Under the pieces are notes generated by a model that saw only the letters and a list, made by a program, of their open reading frames with translations, made no database searches and had not been told where the DNA came from. The translations under genes were made by a program, and so were the position numbers. A stretch of 51,624 bases of DNA from Klebsiella pneumoniae (lineage in GTDB: Bacteria > Pseudomonadota > Gammaproteobacteria > Ga0077536): contig CAMATU010000003.1 of the NCBI GenBank assembly GCA_945861225.1, positions 1 through 51,624 of the forward strand, read 5' to 3'. Positions 8,315 through 17,540 of the stretch are shown in pieces (within the stretch, counting starts at the first letter, position 1; each line of letters starts with the position of its first letter).

Positions 8315-10432
8315 ATGACTCGCACCACCCACTTCCGCGCCTGCAATTTGTGTGAGGCCATCTGTGGCCTCGAGATCACGCTCGACGATTCGCAAGTGAC
8401 GCGAATTCGCGGTGACGCGGCCGATCCCCTCAGCCGTGGCTTCGTCTGTCCTAAGGCCACTGCGCTGGCGGATCTGCAGGAAGATCCTGATCGCCTGCGC
8501 CGCCCCATGCTGCGCGAGGGCACTCGCTGGCGCGAAATTGGCTGGGACGAAGCCTTCACGCTGGCCGCCGAGCGGCTGCACGCGGTGCGCGCACAACATG
8601 GCGCGGATGCGGTAGCCATTTATCGCGGTAACCCGACCGTGCATAACTGGGGACTGCTTACGCATAGCAATTATTTCCTGAAACGCCTGGGGACGCGCAA
8701 TCATTTTTCGGCGACCTCGGTGGACCAGTTGCCGCACCATCTCGTGTGCCTATGGCTGTACGGTCATCAATTCCTGCAACCGATCCCTGATATTGATCGC
8801 ACGCAGCATTTTCTAATACTCGGTTATAACCCGCTGGTCTCGAACGGCAGCATCATGACCGTGCCGGATTTTCGCGGGCGGTTGAAAGCGCTGCGCTCGC
8901 GCGGCGGGAAATTGGTAGTGATCGATCCACGACGCACGGAGACCGCCGAAGTGGCTGACGCGCATCACTTCATCCGGCCCGGCACTGATGCGGTGCTGCT
9001 GCTCGCCATGTTGCGCGTGCTGTTCGACGAACAACGGGTGGATTTGGGTGCGCTCACGCAGCACGTAGTGAATCTCGAAACGCTACGCGGGCTGCTCGAA
9101 CCCTTTACCCTGGAGTTCGCGGCCGCCTCTACCGGCATCGATGCGCCGATCATCCGCCAGCTCGCGCGTGATTTTTCTGCTGCACCCGCGGCCGCGTGTC
9201 ACGGCCGCATGGGGGTATCGACGCAACGCTTCGGCACCTTGTGCCAGTGGGCCATCCAGATCCTGAATCTGGTGACGGGTAATCTTGATCGTGAGGGCGG
9301 TACGCTCCTGACCCACACCGCGGCGCTGTGCGCGGGTCCCGACAATCACCAGCGCGGCAGCTTTGCGCGCCGTCACAGCCGGGTGAACGGCTATCCGGAG
9401 TTCAGCGGCGAGTTTCCTGTCGCTGCTTGTGCAGAAGAGATGCTGACCCCCGGCGCAGGTCAGGTGCGCGCACTGGTGACGGTGGCCGGTAACCCGGTGT
9501 TATCGACCCCCAATGGTCGCCAGCTCGACCAGGCGTTAACAGGCCTCGATTTCATGGTCGCGATCGATTTCTACGTGAATGAGACCACGCGCCATGCGCA
9601 TCTCATTCTGCCGCCCACCAGTCCCCTCGAACACGATCATTACGACCTCGCCTTTCACAAATTCGCAGTCCGCAATACCGCGCGCTATAACCCGGCAATA
9701 TTGCCGAAACCCGCTGACGCCTTGCACGACTGGGAAATCTTCATTGGCCTCGCGCAAGCGCACGCCCGGGTGACCGGTGAATCCGTTGCCGCGATCGCAA
9801 CCCCTGCCGAGATGCTGGACACCTTCCTGCAGGACGGACCCTATGGCGCGGCCAGTGGCGGCGCGGCACCGCTCAGCCTCAAACGTCTGCAAGACGCACC
9901 GCATGGCATCGATCTCGGGCCCCTGCGGCCCTCCTTGCTTGAGCGCCTGTGCACGGCAGACGGGAAGATCGATTGTGTGCCACAAGCAATCCCTGGAGAA
10001 ATTACGAGACTCCAGCAGACCCTAGCCAGCGCGCCGGATCCGGAAGTACTGTCGCTCATTGGCCGTCGCCATCTCCGCAGCAACAACTCCTGGCTGCACA
10101 ACAGCCGGCGCCTGGTGAAAGGGCCGCGGCGCGATCAGCTACTAATGCACCCGCGCGATCTCGCTGCGCGAGGTTTGCGTGACGGACAGGAAGTCACCGT
10201 GCGGTCGCGGGTTGGCGAAGTACGCATCATTGTGCTCGCCACTGAGGAGATGATGCCAGGTAGCGTGTCGCTGCCGCATGGTTGGGGGCATGGGCGCGAA
10301 GGCGTGCGTTTAACGATCGCCACCCAACATGCCGGCGTCAGCGCAAATGATCTCACCGACGAGCATTGGCTCGACGCAGTGTCTGGCAATGCGGCGTTGA
10401 ACGGCGTGCCGGTAACGGTGCGCGCGGGATAG
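8315..10432 (+). CDS. Molybdopterin-dependent oxidoreductase (DMSO reductase superfamily) with N-terminal Fe-S motif
   Basis: CNLCEAICG...CPK Fe-S motif, VVIDPRRTETA, IRPGTD and RSNNSWLHN, plus a C-terminal MGD-binding domain. Start at ATG 8315. Confidence 0.9.
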   Translation: MTRTTHFRACNLCEAICGLEITLDDSQVTRIRGDAADPLSRGFVCPKATALADLQEDPDRLRRPMLREGTRWREIGWDEAFTLAAERLHAVRAQHGADAVAIYRGNPTVHNWGLLTHSNYFLKRLGTRNHFSATSVDQLPHHLVCLWLYGHQFLQPIPDIDRTQHFLILGYNPLVSNGSIMTVPDFRGRLKALRSRGGKLVVIDPRRTETAEVADAHHFIRPGTDAVLLLAMLRVLFDEQRVDLGALTQHVVNLETLRGLLEPFTLEFAAASTGIDAPIIRQLARDFSAAPAAACHGRMGVSTQRFGTLCQWAIQILNLVTGNLDREGGTLLTHTAALCAGPDNHQRGSFARRHSRVNGYPEFSGEFPVAACAEEMLTPGAGQVRALVTVAGNPVLSTPNGRQLDQALTGLDFMVAIDFYVNETTRHAHLILPPTSPLEHDHYDLAFHKFAVRNTARYNPAILPKPADALHDWEIFIGLAQAHARVTGESVAAIATPAEMLDTFLQDGPYGAASGGAAPLSLKRLQDAPHGIDLGPLRPSLLERLCTADGKIDCVPQAIPGEITRLQQTLASAPDPEVLSLIGRRHLRSNNSWLHNSRRLVKGPRRDQLLMHPRDLAARGLRDGQEVTVRSRVGEVRIIVLATEEMMPGSVSLPHGWGHGREGVRLTIATQHAGVSANDLTDEHWLDAVSGNAALNGVPVTVRAG

Positions 10433-10527
10433 TGAAGCGGAAAGATATCAGCGAGCGTTGGTCGATCCAACGCAAGCCACTGCCGATCCCGTAAGCGATT
10501 TTCGTACAGCCTGAGCGCCCGCTCGGT

Positions 10528-10574
10528 TTGACAGGCCAGCCCCTGCAGGCATAGTCTTACCTTCGTCTTACCTT
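10528..10574 (+). promoter_or_regulatory. Putative sigma70 promoter and tandem operator repeat of the vapBC module
   Basis: TTGACA-16 nt-CATAGT, overlapped and followed by GTCTTACCTT x2, just before the AGGAG RBS. Confidence 0.5.
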
Positions 10575-10585
10575 AGGAGCGCCTC

Positions 10586-10849
10586 ATGGAAACCACCAAG
10601 CTCTCCAGCAAAGGCCAGGTGATCATACCCAAGGCGTTTCGGAGTACCCACCACTGGGAAGCTGGTCTTGAACTCATGGTGATAGATACCGGGGACGGGC
10701 TATTGCTGAAGCCCAAGGCTCCCTTTGCCCCCTCTGATCTCTCTGAGGTCTCTGGTATGTTCAAAGGCAAGGTTGCCGCCAAGACCGACGAAGAAATTGA
10801 AGCCGCACTGGTCCAGGACATGCGGAGGAAGTGGCGTGATAGCAATTGA
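10586..10849 (+). CDS. vapB: AbrB/MazE/SpoVT-family antitoxin
   Basis: METTKLSSKGQVIIPKAFR swapped-hairpin motif. Overlaps the downstream PIN gene. Confidence 0.88.
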   Translation: METTKLSSKGQVIIPKAFRSTHHWEAGLELMVIDTGDGLLLKPKAPFAPSDLSEVSGMFKGKVAAKTDEEIEAALVQDMRRKWRDSN

Positions 10850-11225
10850 TACCAATGTCCTGGTGCGGCTGCTGGTAAGTGACAACCCGGTACAGAGCAA
10901 GGCCAGCCAAAAGCTCTTTGCTTCCGAGGACCTATTCATACCCGATACAGTGCTGCTCGAAACCGAATGGGTCTTACGCGCCGCTTTTGATCTGAGCCCC
11001 GCAGACATATGCACTGCCTTCCGGCGGATTTGCGGCCTGCACAACGTAACGGTGAATGATGGGCAACTGGTTGCCCAAGCAATTGACTGGCATGAGGCCG
11101 GCTTTGACTTTGCCGATGCATTTCATCTTGCGCTGAGCAAAGACCAAGACATTCTCAAGACTTTCGACGCCGGTTTTATCAAGAATGCCAAGAAGCACAC
11201 CGACCGACGCGTGGAGCGGCCCTAA
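10836..11225 (+). CDS. vapC: PIN-domain toxin
   Basis: GTG start, IAIDTNVLVRLL, LLETEWVL, DFADAFH and TFD motifs. Confidence 0.9.
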   Translation: MIAIDTNVLVRLLVSDNPVQSKASQKLFASEDLFIPDTVLLETEWVLRAAFDLSPADICTAFRRICGLHNVTVNDGQLVAQAIDWHEAGFDFADAFHLALSKDQDILKTFDAGFIKNAKKHTDRRVERP

Positions 11226-11314
11226 CGAACTGCTAAGCCGCGCTGTTCAACGACTGCTCCTTCGCTGATCAGAACAATGAGCGGGGCGCTCGCATCGTTT
11301 TGAAACATCTGTGA

Positions 11315-11600
11315 TCAATCGGGTGGCCAGCCGTGTATTTCACTCTGGCAGTTCTTGCACCATGCGTAGAGCGCGTCGTAGATCACGATACCGTGCTGAA
11401 GCATCTGCTGATCGTCGGCAATGACAGCGGACAGCCCAAGCGAGACTGCATAAAGGCCGGCGGCTTGTGGCGCGAGATCAAGTCGCGAGGTATCGGCGCC
11501 GCGCACATAGAGAAACGTGGGCTCATCATCGATAAATCGGGTGATCAACCACGGATAGGCGATGCGATCGATCTTCGGTCGCTCACGTGTGATCCACTTC
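11315..11600 (-). pseudogene. chrB: ChrB C-terminal-domain (chromate resistance) gene with internal deletion
   Basis: KWITRERPKIDRIAYPWLITRFID...FLYV is joined directly to RGADT...LAPQAAGLYAVSLGLS...YDALYAW. The central segment expected between FLYV and RGADT is absent. Confidence 0.7.
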
Positions 11601-11609
11601 ACGCCGGCA

Positions 11610-11803
11610 GGCCGGCGGGAAAAATCGAATTCGAGCAGATCGCCGATGCAATCGATGCACAGATCGGCCGGCGGATAGGCAGCGAGCTTGCGCGCGTCCA
11701 GTGCGTAATGTCCGTGGCGCGGAAATACGGTGGTCAGGCGCTCGCGCCAGATGTCCTTCATAGCCGTCAAAATGCGCAGCTTATCGTCGATCATTACGTA
11801 GTG
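11610..11803 (-). pseudogene. 3' fragment of a HAD-family hydrolase
   Basis: [34 protein letters not shown]...PPADLCIDCIGDL resembles the C-terminus of HAD hydrolases found in phosphoketolase clusters. No N-terminus. Confidence 0.6.
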
Positions 11804-12670
11804 GTGCGCCGGTAAGTCAGCCGATGGATCAACCAGGGGTAGGCGTGAAAGGCGAAGATGGCCGGCTTGTTGCGGGTGAACAGCGCGTCGAAATCCGTAT
11901 CGCTCAAGCCGTGCGGGTGCTCGGACTGCGGCTCGAGTTTCATGAGGTCGACGACGTTCACGACCCGGATGCGTAAGCCGGGCAGTTCTGCGCGCAGGAT
12001 CGAAACGGCGGCGAGTGTCTCGAGCGTGGGTACGTCGCCGCAGCAGGCCATGACCACATCAGGATCAAGCTGCGGCGCGGAGCCGCCCAACTCGTTGCCC
12101 GCCCAGTGCCAGATACCGATGCCTGCGGCGCCGGGTGCTTGCCAGCGATCACGAGGTTGACGTAGTGGCGGCTGCGCAGGCAATGGTCCATCACCGACAG
12201 CAGGCAGTTGGCGTCGGGTGGCAGATAGACCCGCACGACAGCGGCCTTCTTGTTGACCACATGGTCGATGAAACCCGGGTCCTGGCGCCAGACGTGCGAG
12301 GCCAGCAGATAATTCAGCGACGCGATTTTGCGCCGCCAGGGCAGTTGCGCACTGACCTTCAGCCACTTGGCGTGCTGGTTGAACATCGAGTCGACGATGT
12401 GGATAAAGGCCTCATAGCAGTTGAACAGGCCGTGCCGGCCAGTAAGCAGATAGCCCTCCAGCCAGCCCTCGCACTGGTGCTCACTGAGCATCTCCATCAC
12501 GCGGCCGCGCGGCGCCAGCCACTGGTCGCCAGGGGCGGTGGCAGCATCCCACTGACGGGCGGTGGCTGCGAAGATCGCCGCCAGGCCGTTGGACACGGTT
12601 TCGTCGGGTCCGAAGACACGGAAGTTGCGCTGCGCATCGTTGCCGCGCGCCACGTCGCGCAGGTCGGGTG
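11800..12670 (-). pseudogene. xfp: Phosphoketolase (Xfp) central fragment with internal deletions and a frameshift
   Basis: [57 protein letters not shown] and EHPHGLSD are present. The N- and C-termini are missing. Confidence 0.9.
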
Positions 12671-12848
12671 GCGAAGTCTGTAATCGAAAGCATGCGCGGG
12701 ATCCATCCCTCGCACGTGTTTTCATACCGCGGTCATCCCGTCACGAAAATGAACAACAGCGCGTGGAAGCGAATCCGCGTGACAGTCGGTCTGAAGCATG
12801 AAAGTGGCCACCGCAACCTCGGTAACCGCTTGATATTCGAAGGCTAGT

Positions 12849-12893
12849 TGGCGCGCCCAGAAGGACTCGAACCTCCGACCACCTGGTTCGAAG
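12849..12893 (-). mobile_element. 3' half of tRNA-Arg(UCG), probable attachment-site duplicate of an integrated element
   Basis: Minus strand reads CTTCGAACCAGGTGGTCGGAGGTTCGAGTCCTTCTGGGCGCGCCA (anticodon loop, T-arm, acceptor 3' strand, CCA). No D-arm or 5' anticodon stem upstream. Confidence 0.8.
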
Positions 12894-13046
12894 TTCGCAA
12901 CGCGAAATCTAAGAAATTGTTTTAGTTAACTATTTATCGGGGCGTTCTTTGCAAAAATGCCCAGAAATGCTGGACTTCGCAGGACCAATCCCCGCAAAAA
13001 TCCCGCAGTCGCAATTACAGGCTTTCCGATGACCGGTGGAGCTATC

Positions 13047-13259
13047 TCAAACCGGCGCAGATTCAACGGCGACTCTTAGCGAATCGCGATCCTGGACGAC
13101 GTAATTGAGCTTCTCGAAGCCGATGACTTGACCGAGCTTGTTCTTCATCAGTATCACTTCGTCGCCGGTTTCTTCGCAGATGACTTCATCATCGGATTCA
13201 GCGAACCAAACGGTGAGCGTCGCACCGACCCTATCATGGAAGACTTTCAGCTCGGCCAT
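13047..13259 (-). CDS. Small DUF2283-like protein (putative antitoxin)
   Basis: 70 aa. LKVFHD...TLTVWF...EVILMKNKLGQVIGFEKLN pattern. Overlaps the upstream ORF. Confidence 0.65.
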   Translation of the reverse strand: MAELKVFHDRVGATLTVWFAESDDEVICEETGDEVILMKNKLGQVIGFEKLNYVVQDRDSLRVAVESAPV

Positions 13260-13570
13260 GTTCGTAATCCTTCCTTAATCGCATCAGTCGGGTAGGCCGT
13301 GATCAAGAACGCTTTGTCGCCGTTCTGCTTGACGACCGCACAGTGCCAGCGCTTTTCGCGTGCCTGCTTGTAGAAAAGTAGCACATCAGGGTCCGACCGG
13401 CTCCGCCTGATTTCGTCTGGGTCTCTCAGAACCGTATCGATTTCATGCTTTTTTCCCACCATCACGGGGTGCTTGATGGAAGTTATCAAATCCCATCGGC
13501 GCGCGTCGACGGTGACGACGAACCCAAGTGGCGTCTTTACAGAAATGATGATTTCATCAGAGCTCGGCAC
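13247..13570 (-). CDS. Small DUF4258/RelE-like putative RNase toxin
   Basis: KHPVM...LRDPDEIRRSRSDPDVLLFY...AVVK...FLITAY, a pattern often found next to DUF2283 genes. Confidence 0.6.
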   Translation of the reverse strand: MPSSDEIIISVKTPLGFVVTVDARRWDLITSIKHPVMVGKKHEIDTVLRDPDEIRRSRSDPDVLLFYKQAREKRWHCAVVKQNGDKAFLITAYPTDAIKEGLRTWPS

Positions 13571-13634
13571 TAGGCTACTCTAGCTTAAAGCGGGACCGCC
13601 CTGAAATTTGCACACCGAATCGCGAAGAAATGCA

Positions 13635-13860
13635 ATGGAAATTGAACCTTCTAGAACCCAGCGCGATTACGCCGCGGCATTGAAAATAATCGAACAGATG
13701 ATGGGGCCAAACGCAGCACGCCCTAAGGCGACAGACTAGACATCTGGGTGACCGTGGTTGAGGCTTATGAGGCAAAGCATCCAGCACTCTATCTGCCGGA
13801 TCCAATCGCAGCGGTCAAGTTCGTAATGGAAGATCGGAAAAACACGGTAAAAGATCTCGG
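13635..13860 (+). pseudogene. higA: HigA-type antitoxin remnant
   Basis: MEIEPSRTQRDYAAALKIIEQMMG, then a frameshift and TAA, then GDRLDIWVTVVEAYEAKH...LPDPIAAVKFVME...KDL. The HTH end is truncated. Confidence 0.7.
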
Positions 13861-14580
13861 GCACTGGCGGAGCCGGCTCCGGCGCATCAGGGCCCGCATG
13901 ACAATGATTGGCCCGTACCAATCGAAGACAGTCAGCGGTTTGGCTACCTGCTCGTTGATCAACTCGAATACCGGATGGAACGCGATGCCTCCGACACCGC
14001 GCGCTGGGATGTGCAGGGCTGGTATGGCGGTGACTACCACCGGCTGTGGATGAAGACGGAAGGCGAATGGCGCACAGGTGGCGAGCGCGGCGGCGAGGCG
14101 GAAGTACAATTGCTTTACAGCCGGTTGCTCGCGCCCTTTTGGGATTTCCAGGTGGGCTTGCGCTATGACCAATTCTCGGGCGCCGGCTTTGACCGCTCGC
14201 GCGGCTTCGCTGTGATTGGCATGCAAGGACTGGCGCCTTACCGGTTCGAGGTTGAACCCGCCTTGTTCATCAGCGATGACGGCGATGTTTCCGCGCGTCT
14301 CTCGGCGACCTACGAGGTGCTGCTCACCCAGCGACTCATTCTCCAGCCGCGCCTGGACTTCGAGGCTGCGGTGCAAGCGGCTGAAAAATTCGACGTGGGA
14401 GACGGGGTCAACAGTCTTGGGCTAGGCGTGCGCTTGCGCTATGAAATCAGGCGCGAGTTTGCGCCATATATTGGCATCCATTGGCTGAACCGGTTTGGCG
14501 ACACCGCCGACATCGCGCGACGTAGTGGAGAACGTGCTGACGATCTCGCGGTGGTGTTTGGGGTGCGCCTCTGGTTTTGA
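13861..14580 (+). pseudogene. copB: Copper resistance outer-membrane protein CopB lacking most of its signal peptide/start
   Basis: DQLEYR, WDVQGWYGGDYHRLWMKTEGE, GLAPYRFEVE, LLTQRLILQPR, LRYEIRREFAPYIG and terminal GVRLWF. The frame begins at ALA|EP next to the higA remnant. Confidence 0.8.
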
Positions 14581-14667
14581 AATCCTTACCCTGTCGAAGT
14601 CCCTAGGTCTCGTTATGCGATAAAAACCCGAGGACTCCACGGGCTCAGAAAGCAACGAGTGGCGATT

Positions 14668-14790
14668 TTACTTCGCCGCCTCTGTCGCTAATTGCCGGTG
14701 CAATTTCGCAAGTTCAAGAAGATCGCTCTCGGCCTCTTTCTCATGCGCGATCAACTTATCGCAATGCCCCGCAAGGCCTGAAGATGAACC
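14668..14790 (-). pseudogene. 3' fragment of a small helical metal-binding protein paralogous to 23858..24238
   Basis: GHCDKLIAHEKEAESDLLELAKLHRQLA aligns by eye with AHCAKFIKIYEAAATEIREMSKSHRQLA. Confidence 0.5.
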
Positions 14791-14979
14791 TTTAGTCGGT
14801 CCAAGCGCACGGGTTGACACCGTGCGCGTGTGCGGATCGCTGGTCTGTACGCTACCACGCACAGACAGATCTCGGTGGCCAAATCATGAGCGCTACATGA
14901 AGATAAAATGCCTGAATTGAAGCGGTTCGCCGTCCGTGGCCCATAACGATACGCAAATTACGGATAGCCTAAGTCCAGG

Positions 14980-16323
14980 TCATAGCATGTCGGTAAATAC
15001 CGGCGCGAAGCCTCCACCAGGCGTTCTGAAGTTCGTGGTCTGCCCCTGATACAAACGCGCCGCAACGAGCTTGACCACCCCGGCGTAGGCATAGTTGCGA
15101 ACGTCGGCTTTCAGGGCCGTGATCTCGGTGTCGGCAACTCGCCGCTCACTGGGCGCGACCAGCGCCTGCGCGACATAGGTACCTTTTGTCATTTCCTCCC
15201 ACACCCGTTTGGTAAGTTTGTCGCCGCGATAGGCCGCCTTGCTGCCGTAGCCCGTGGCGGGTTTGAAGAAGCGCGCGCGTCGCTGCGCCCACAAGGCGTC
15301 CCTGTTCTCGTCCGTCATGATCTCCGTATGCGGGATCGCGGCGAGTAACGTGGAGATGTCGGCCTCAGCGGCGCCCGTCTCGTGTAAGAATCTCTCGTCG
15401 CAGAGCAGGGTGAGGTTGCGCTTATCGGCATAGAGCGCATGTGCGCGTGGATGCGGGCTCACCACCACTTCGTGGGCCAGGTAGGCGAGCTTCAGCGCCA
15501 CCTGCGCCGGCTGCGCCAGCGCGAAATCGGTCAACCGGTTATAGACGAAGTCGATGGGCTGGCGGTCATGCCACAACTGCGCATCTTTGCGGGTAAGCTC
15601 GCGCGGATCGCAGATCGTCACCGCGATACCATGCCGGTCGAACAGATGCCGATACAACAGAAACTCGGGGTAGAGGTATTGCTGCACAGGCGTCTCATCG
15701 ACAATCGCGATCGATCTCAACGGAGCGTCGCCGCGCTGCAGACGCCACTCCGTCATGAAATCCTCGAACAGCGCTTCCTCGATGGCGTCCGCTTCCATCG
15801 GCGCCATTGCCAGTCCGGTCACCTCGGCGCAACAGGATCGATGCGCCCGCCCCACTACCGTGTTGAGTAACGCGCCACCGGGATTCGTATTAATCTCGAT
15901 GAGTTGCGGCCCCGTCACGGCCAAGTGAAAATCGTAGCCCAGGAGTCCACCGCGTGAACCCGGATCGTAACGCGCGATGTCCGGCGCCCAGGCCAGCGCC
16001 GCACCGCGGAACTTCGGTGTGGCGACGACGGCTTCCACCGCGCCGATCACGCGCGCCATCTGTATGAGATGCTCACGTGACACGAACATCGGCACGGACG
16101 CGAAAAGATGTGGATGGGTCTCGAGCATGGCACGCGACAGGTCGCGCGCACCGAGGTCTGCTTCGAGGCTGCGGCGCAATGCCTGTTCGTCGAGGCTGAG
16201 GCAGTAGCATGTGCGGTTGAGTTCTTCGACCGACGTCGCTGACTGGCAACTGTTGCCACAGCCTGCCGGCACTGCGTGCGCGGTCAGATCCGGCATTTCA
16301 GAGTGCTCCAACGTAAGGAACAA
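14980..16323 (-). CDS. Circularly permuted ATP-grasp (glutathione/glutathionylspermidine-synthase-like) protein of unknown function
   Basis: YDFHL...PQLIEINTNPGG, DFVYNRLTD, FFKPATGYGSKAAYRG, YVAQALV and ARLYQGQTTNFRTPGGGFAPV. The start could also be 16296. Confidence 0.65.
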   Translation of the reverse strand: MFLTLEHSEMPDLTAHAVPAGCGNSCQSATSVEELNRTCYCLSLDEQALRRSLEADLGARDLSRAMLETHPHLFASVPMFVSREHLIQMARVIGAVEAVVATPKFRGAALAWAPDIARYDPGSRGGLLGYDFHLAVTGPQLIEINTNPGGALLNTVVGRAHRSCCAEVTGLAMAPMEADAIEEALFEDFMTEWRLQRGDAPLRSIAIVDETPVQQYLYPEFLLYRHLFDRHGIAVTICDPRELTRKDAQLWHDRQPIDFVYNRLTDFALAQPAQVALKLAYLAHEVVVSPHPRAHALYADKRNLTLLCDERFLHETGAAEADISTLLAAIPHTEIMTDENRDALWAQRRARFFKPATGYGSKAAYRGDKLTKRVWEEMTKGTYVAQALVAPSERRVADTEITALKADVRNYAYAGVVKLVAARLYQGQTTNFRTPGGGFAPVFTDML

Positions 16324-16749
16324 TTTCAGACCGCATGCAGGAGCCTCCGGGACCCGTTTATTTTTCCCGGCTTCGGTGGCTGCCCACGGCCTCGCCGTCG
16401 AGGAAACAAAACGGTCAGGGATTTCTTGATCGCTGGCAAACGCATGTTCGGTACCTTACCCACTTCTCTCTTGTGTTGTGGCAAACGATAGCCCGCGCTT
16501 TGAGGGATATCAGTTCGATATGGTACATACAGAGTTGTGCATTATGGGATTCAATCCGTGATCTGCTGGAACATGAACCAAGTCTGGACGATGGGTCGCA
16601 GAATCGATTTCTTATGTTTAACGCGGAGAAGGTTTAGCGCTTAGCGTATCATCAGTCGATATCTCCGCTCGGATCAGAGTCATCGTGAAGTGAGTCCCAG
16701 AATGATCTGTTTCGCGAACATCGGCGCCCTGGTCACTCCCGTTAAGCCA

Positions 16750-17065
16750 CATTTCTCGCTCGCGCCGTTTTTTGGCACGCTGCTCGCAATCCCACTGCTA
16801 GGAGAATCGGTCACCAATCGCTTGCTTATCGCGGGAGCCTTGATGCTGGTGGGCGTCTGGCTGCACCTCACCGAGCGCCACGGTCACGCGCATACCCATG
16901 AGTTCATGGCACACACGCGCATGATCACGAACACGATGAACATCATCTGCATCAGCATCTGTCAGACACTCAAGCCGCGATCCGGCATGCGCACTGGCAT
17001 CAGCATCCTGTGCTAACGCATACGCACGCCCACGTCCCGGACGCACATCATCGTCATGACCACTC
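16750..17065 (+). pseudogene. 3' fragment of an EamA/DMT transporter with His-rich tail (frameshifted)
   Basis: FSLAPFFGTLLAIPLLGE...LMLVGVWLHLTERHGHAHTHE continues in another frame as HAHWHQH...HTHAHVPDAHHRHDH. Confidence 0.7.
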
Positions 17066-17234
17066 GCCCTGCTGGCGGCCCTTAGAGAGTTTGTTGATAC
17101 GATTATTCGCATCAAGGAGTGAGGATCGAATCTGCGACGAGCTATCTCGGGTGCGACTTGAGGATCACGATCCTCGGCTAATCGTGCTTGCCGCACCCAG
17201 GCGTCTTGAAGACTTCCCCAGCGTTTTGGTCGAG

Positions 17235-17540
17235 CTATTGATGCATCGGCTCCATGGTGCCTTTACCGTCATGTTGCATCATTCCCATACCCTTCATGTT
17301 CATGTCCTTCATCATCACCATCCCGTCCTTGTTCTTCTTCATCTTCCCCCACATTATTTTGTGATGATTCATGGATTCAGTCTCGGAAATCATGCCGTCC
17401 TGGTTGGTGTCCATCATTTTCATGGACATCCCCTTCATGTGCATTCCCGGGCAGCCGTCTTTCATACCGTCCATGGCGGTAGCGGTCGCCGCCGCGCCGA
17501 TCAGCGCTGCGGTGTAAAGTGTGGCAATCAACTTGTTCAT
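17235..17540 (-). CDS. Secreted Met-rich protein with EF-hand-like loop, probable periplasmic Cu(I)/Ag(I) binder
   Basis: Signal peptide ending ATATA, DTNQDGMISETE loop and very high Met content. Confidence 0.75.
   Translation of the reverse strand: MNKLIATLYTAALIGAAATATAMDGMKDGCPGMHMKGMSMKMMDTNQDGMISETESMNHHKIMWGKMKKNKDGMVMMKDMNMKGMGMMQHDGKGTMEPMHQ

Noticed and set aside
11219-11260. attC after vapC (CCCTAAC overlapping the stop codon)
   Set aside because: It resembles an R'' start, but I find no complementary arm or GTTRRRY partner. At most a truncated relic.
12849-12925. Complete tRNA gene
   Set aside because: Only the anticodon loop to CCA is present. The upstream sequence cannot form the D-arm or the 5' stems.
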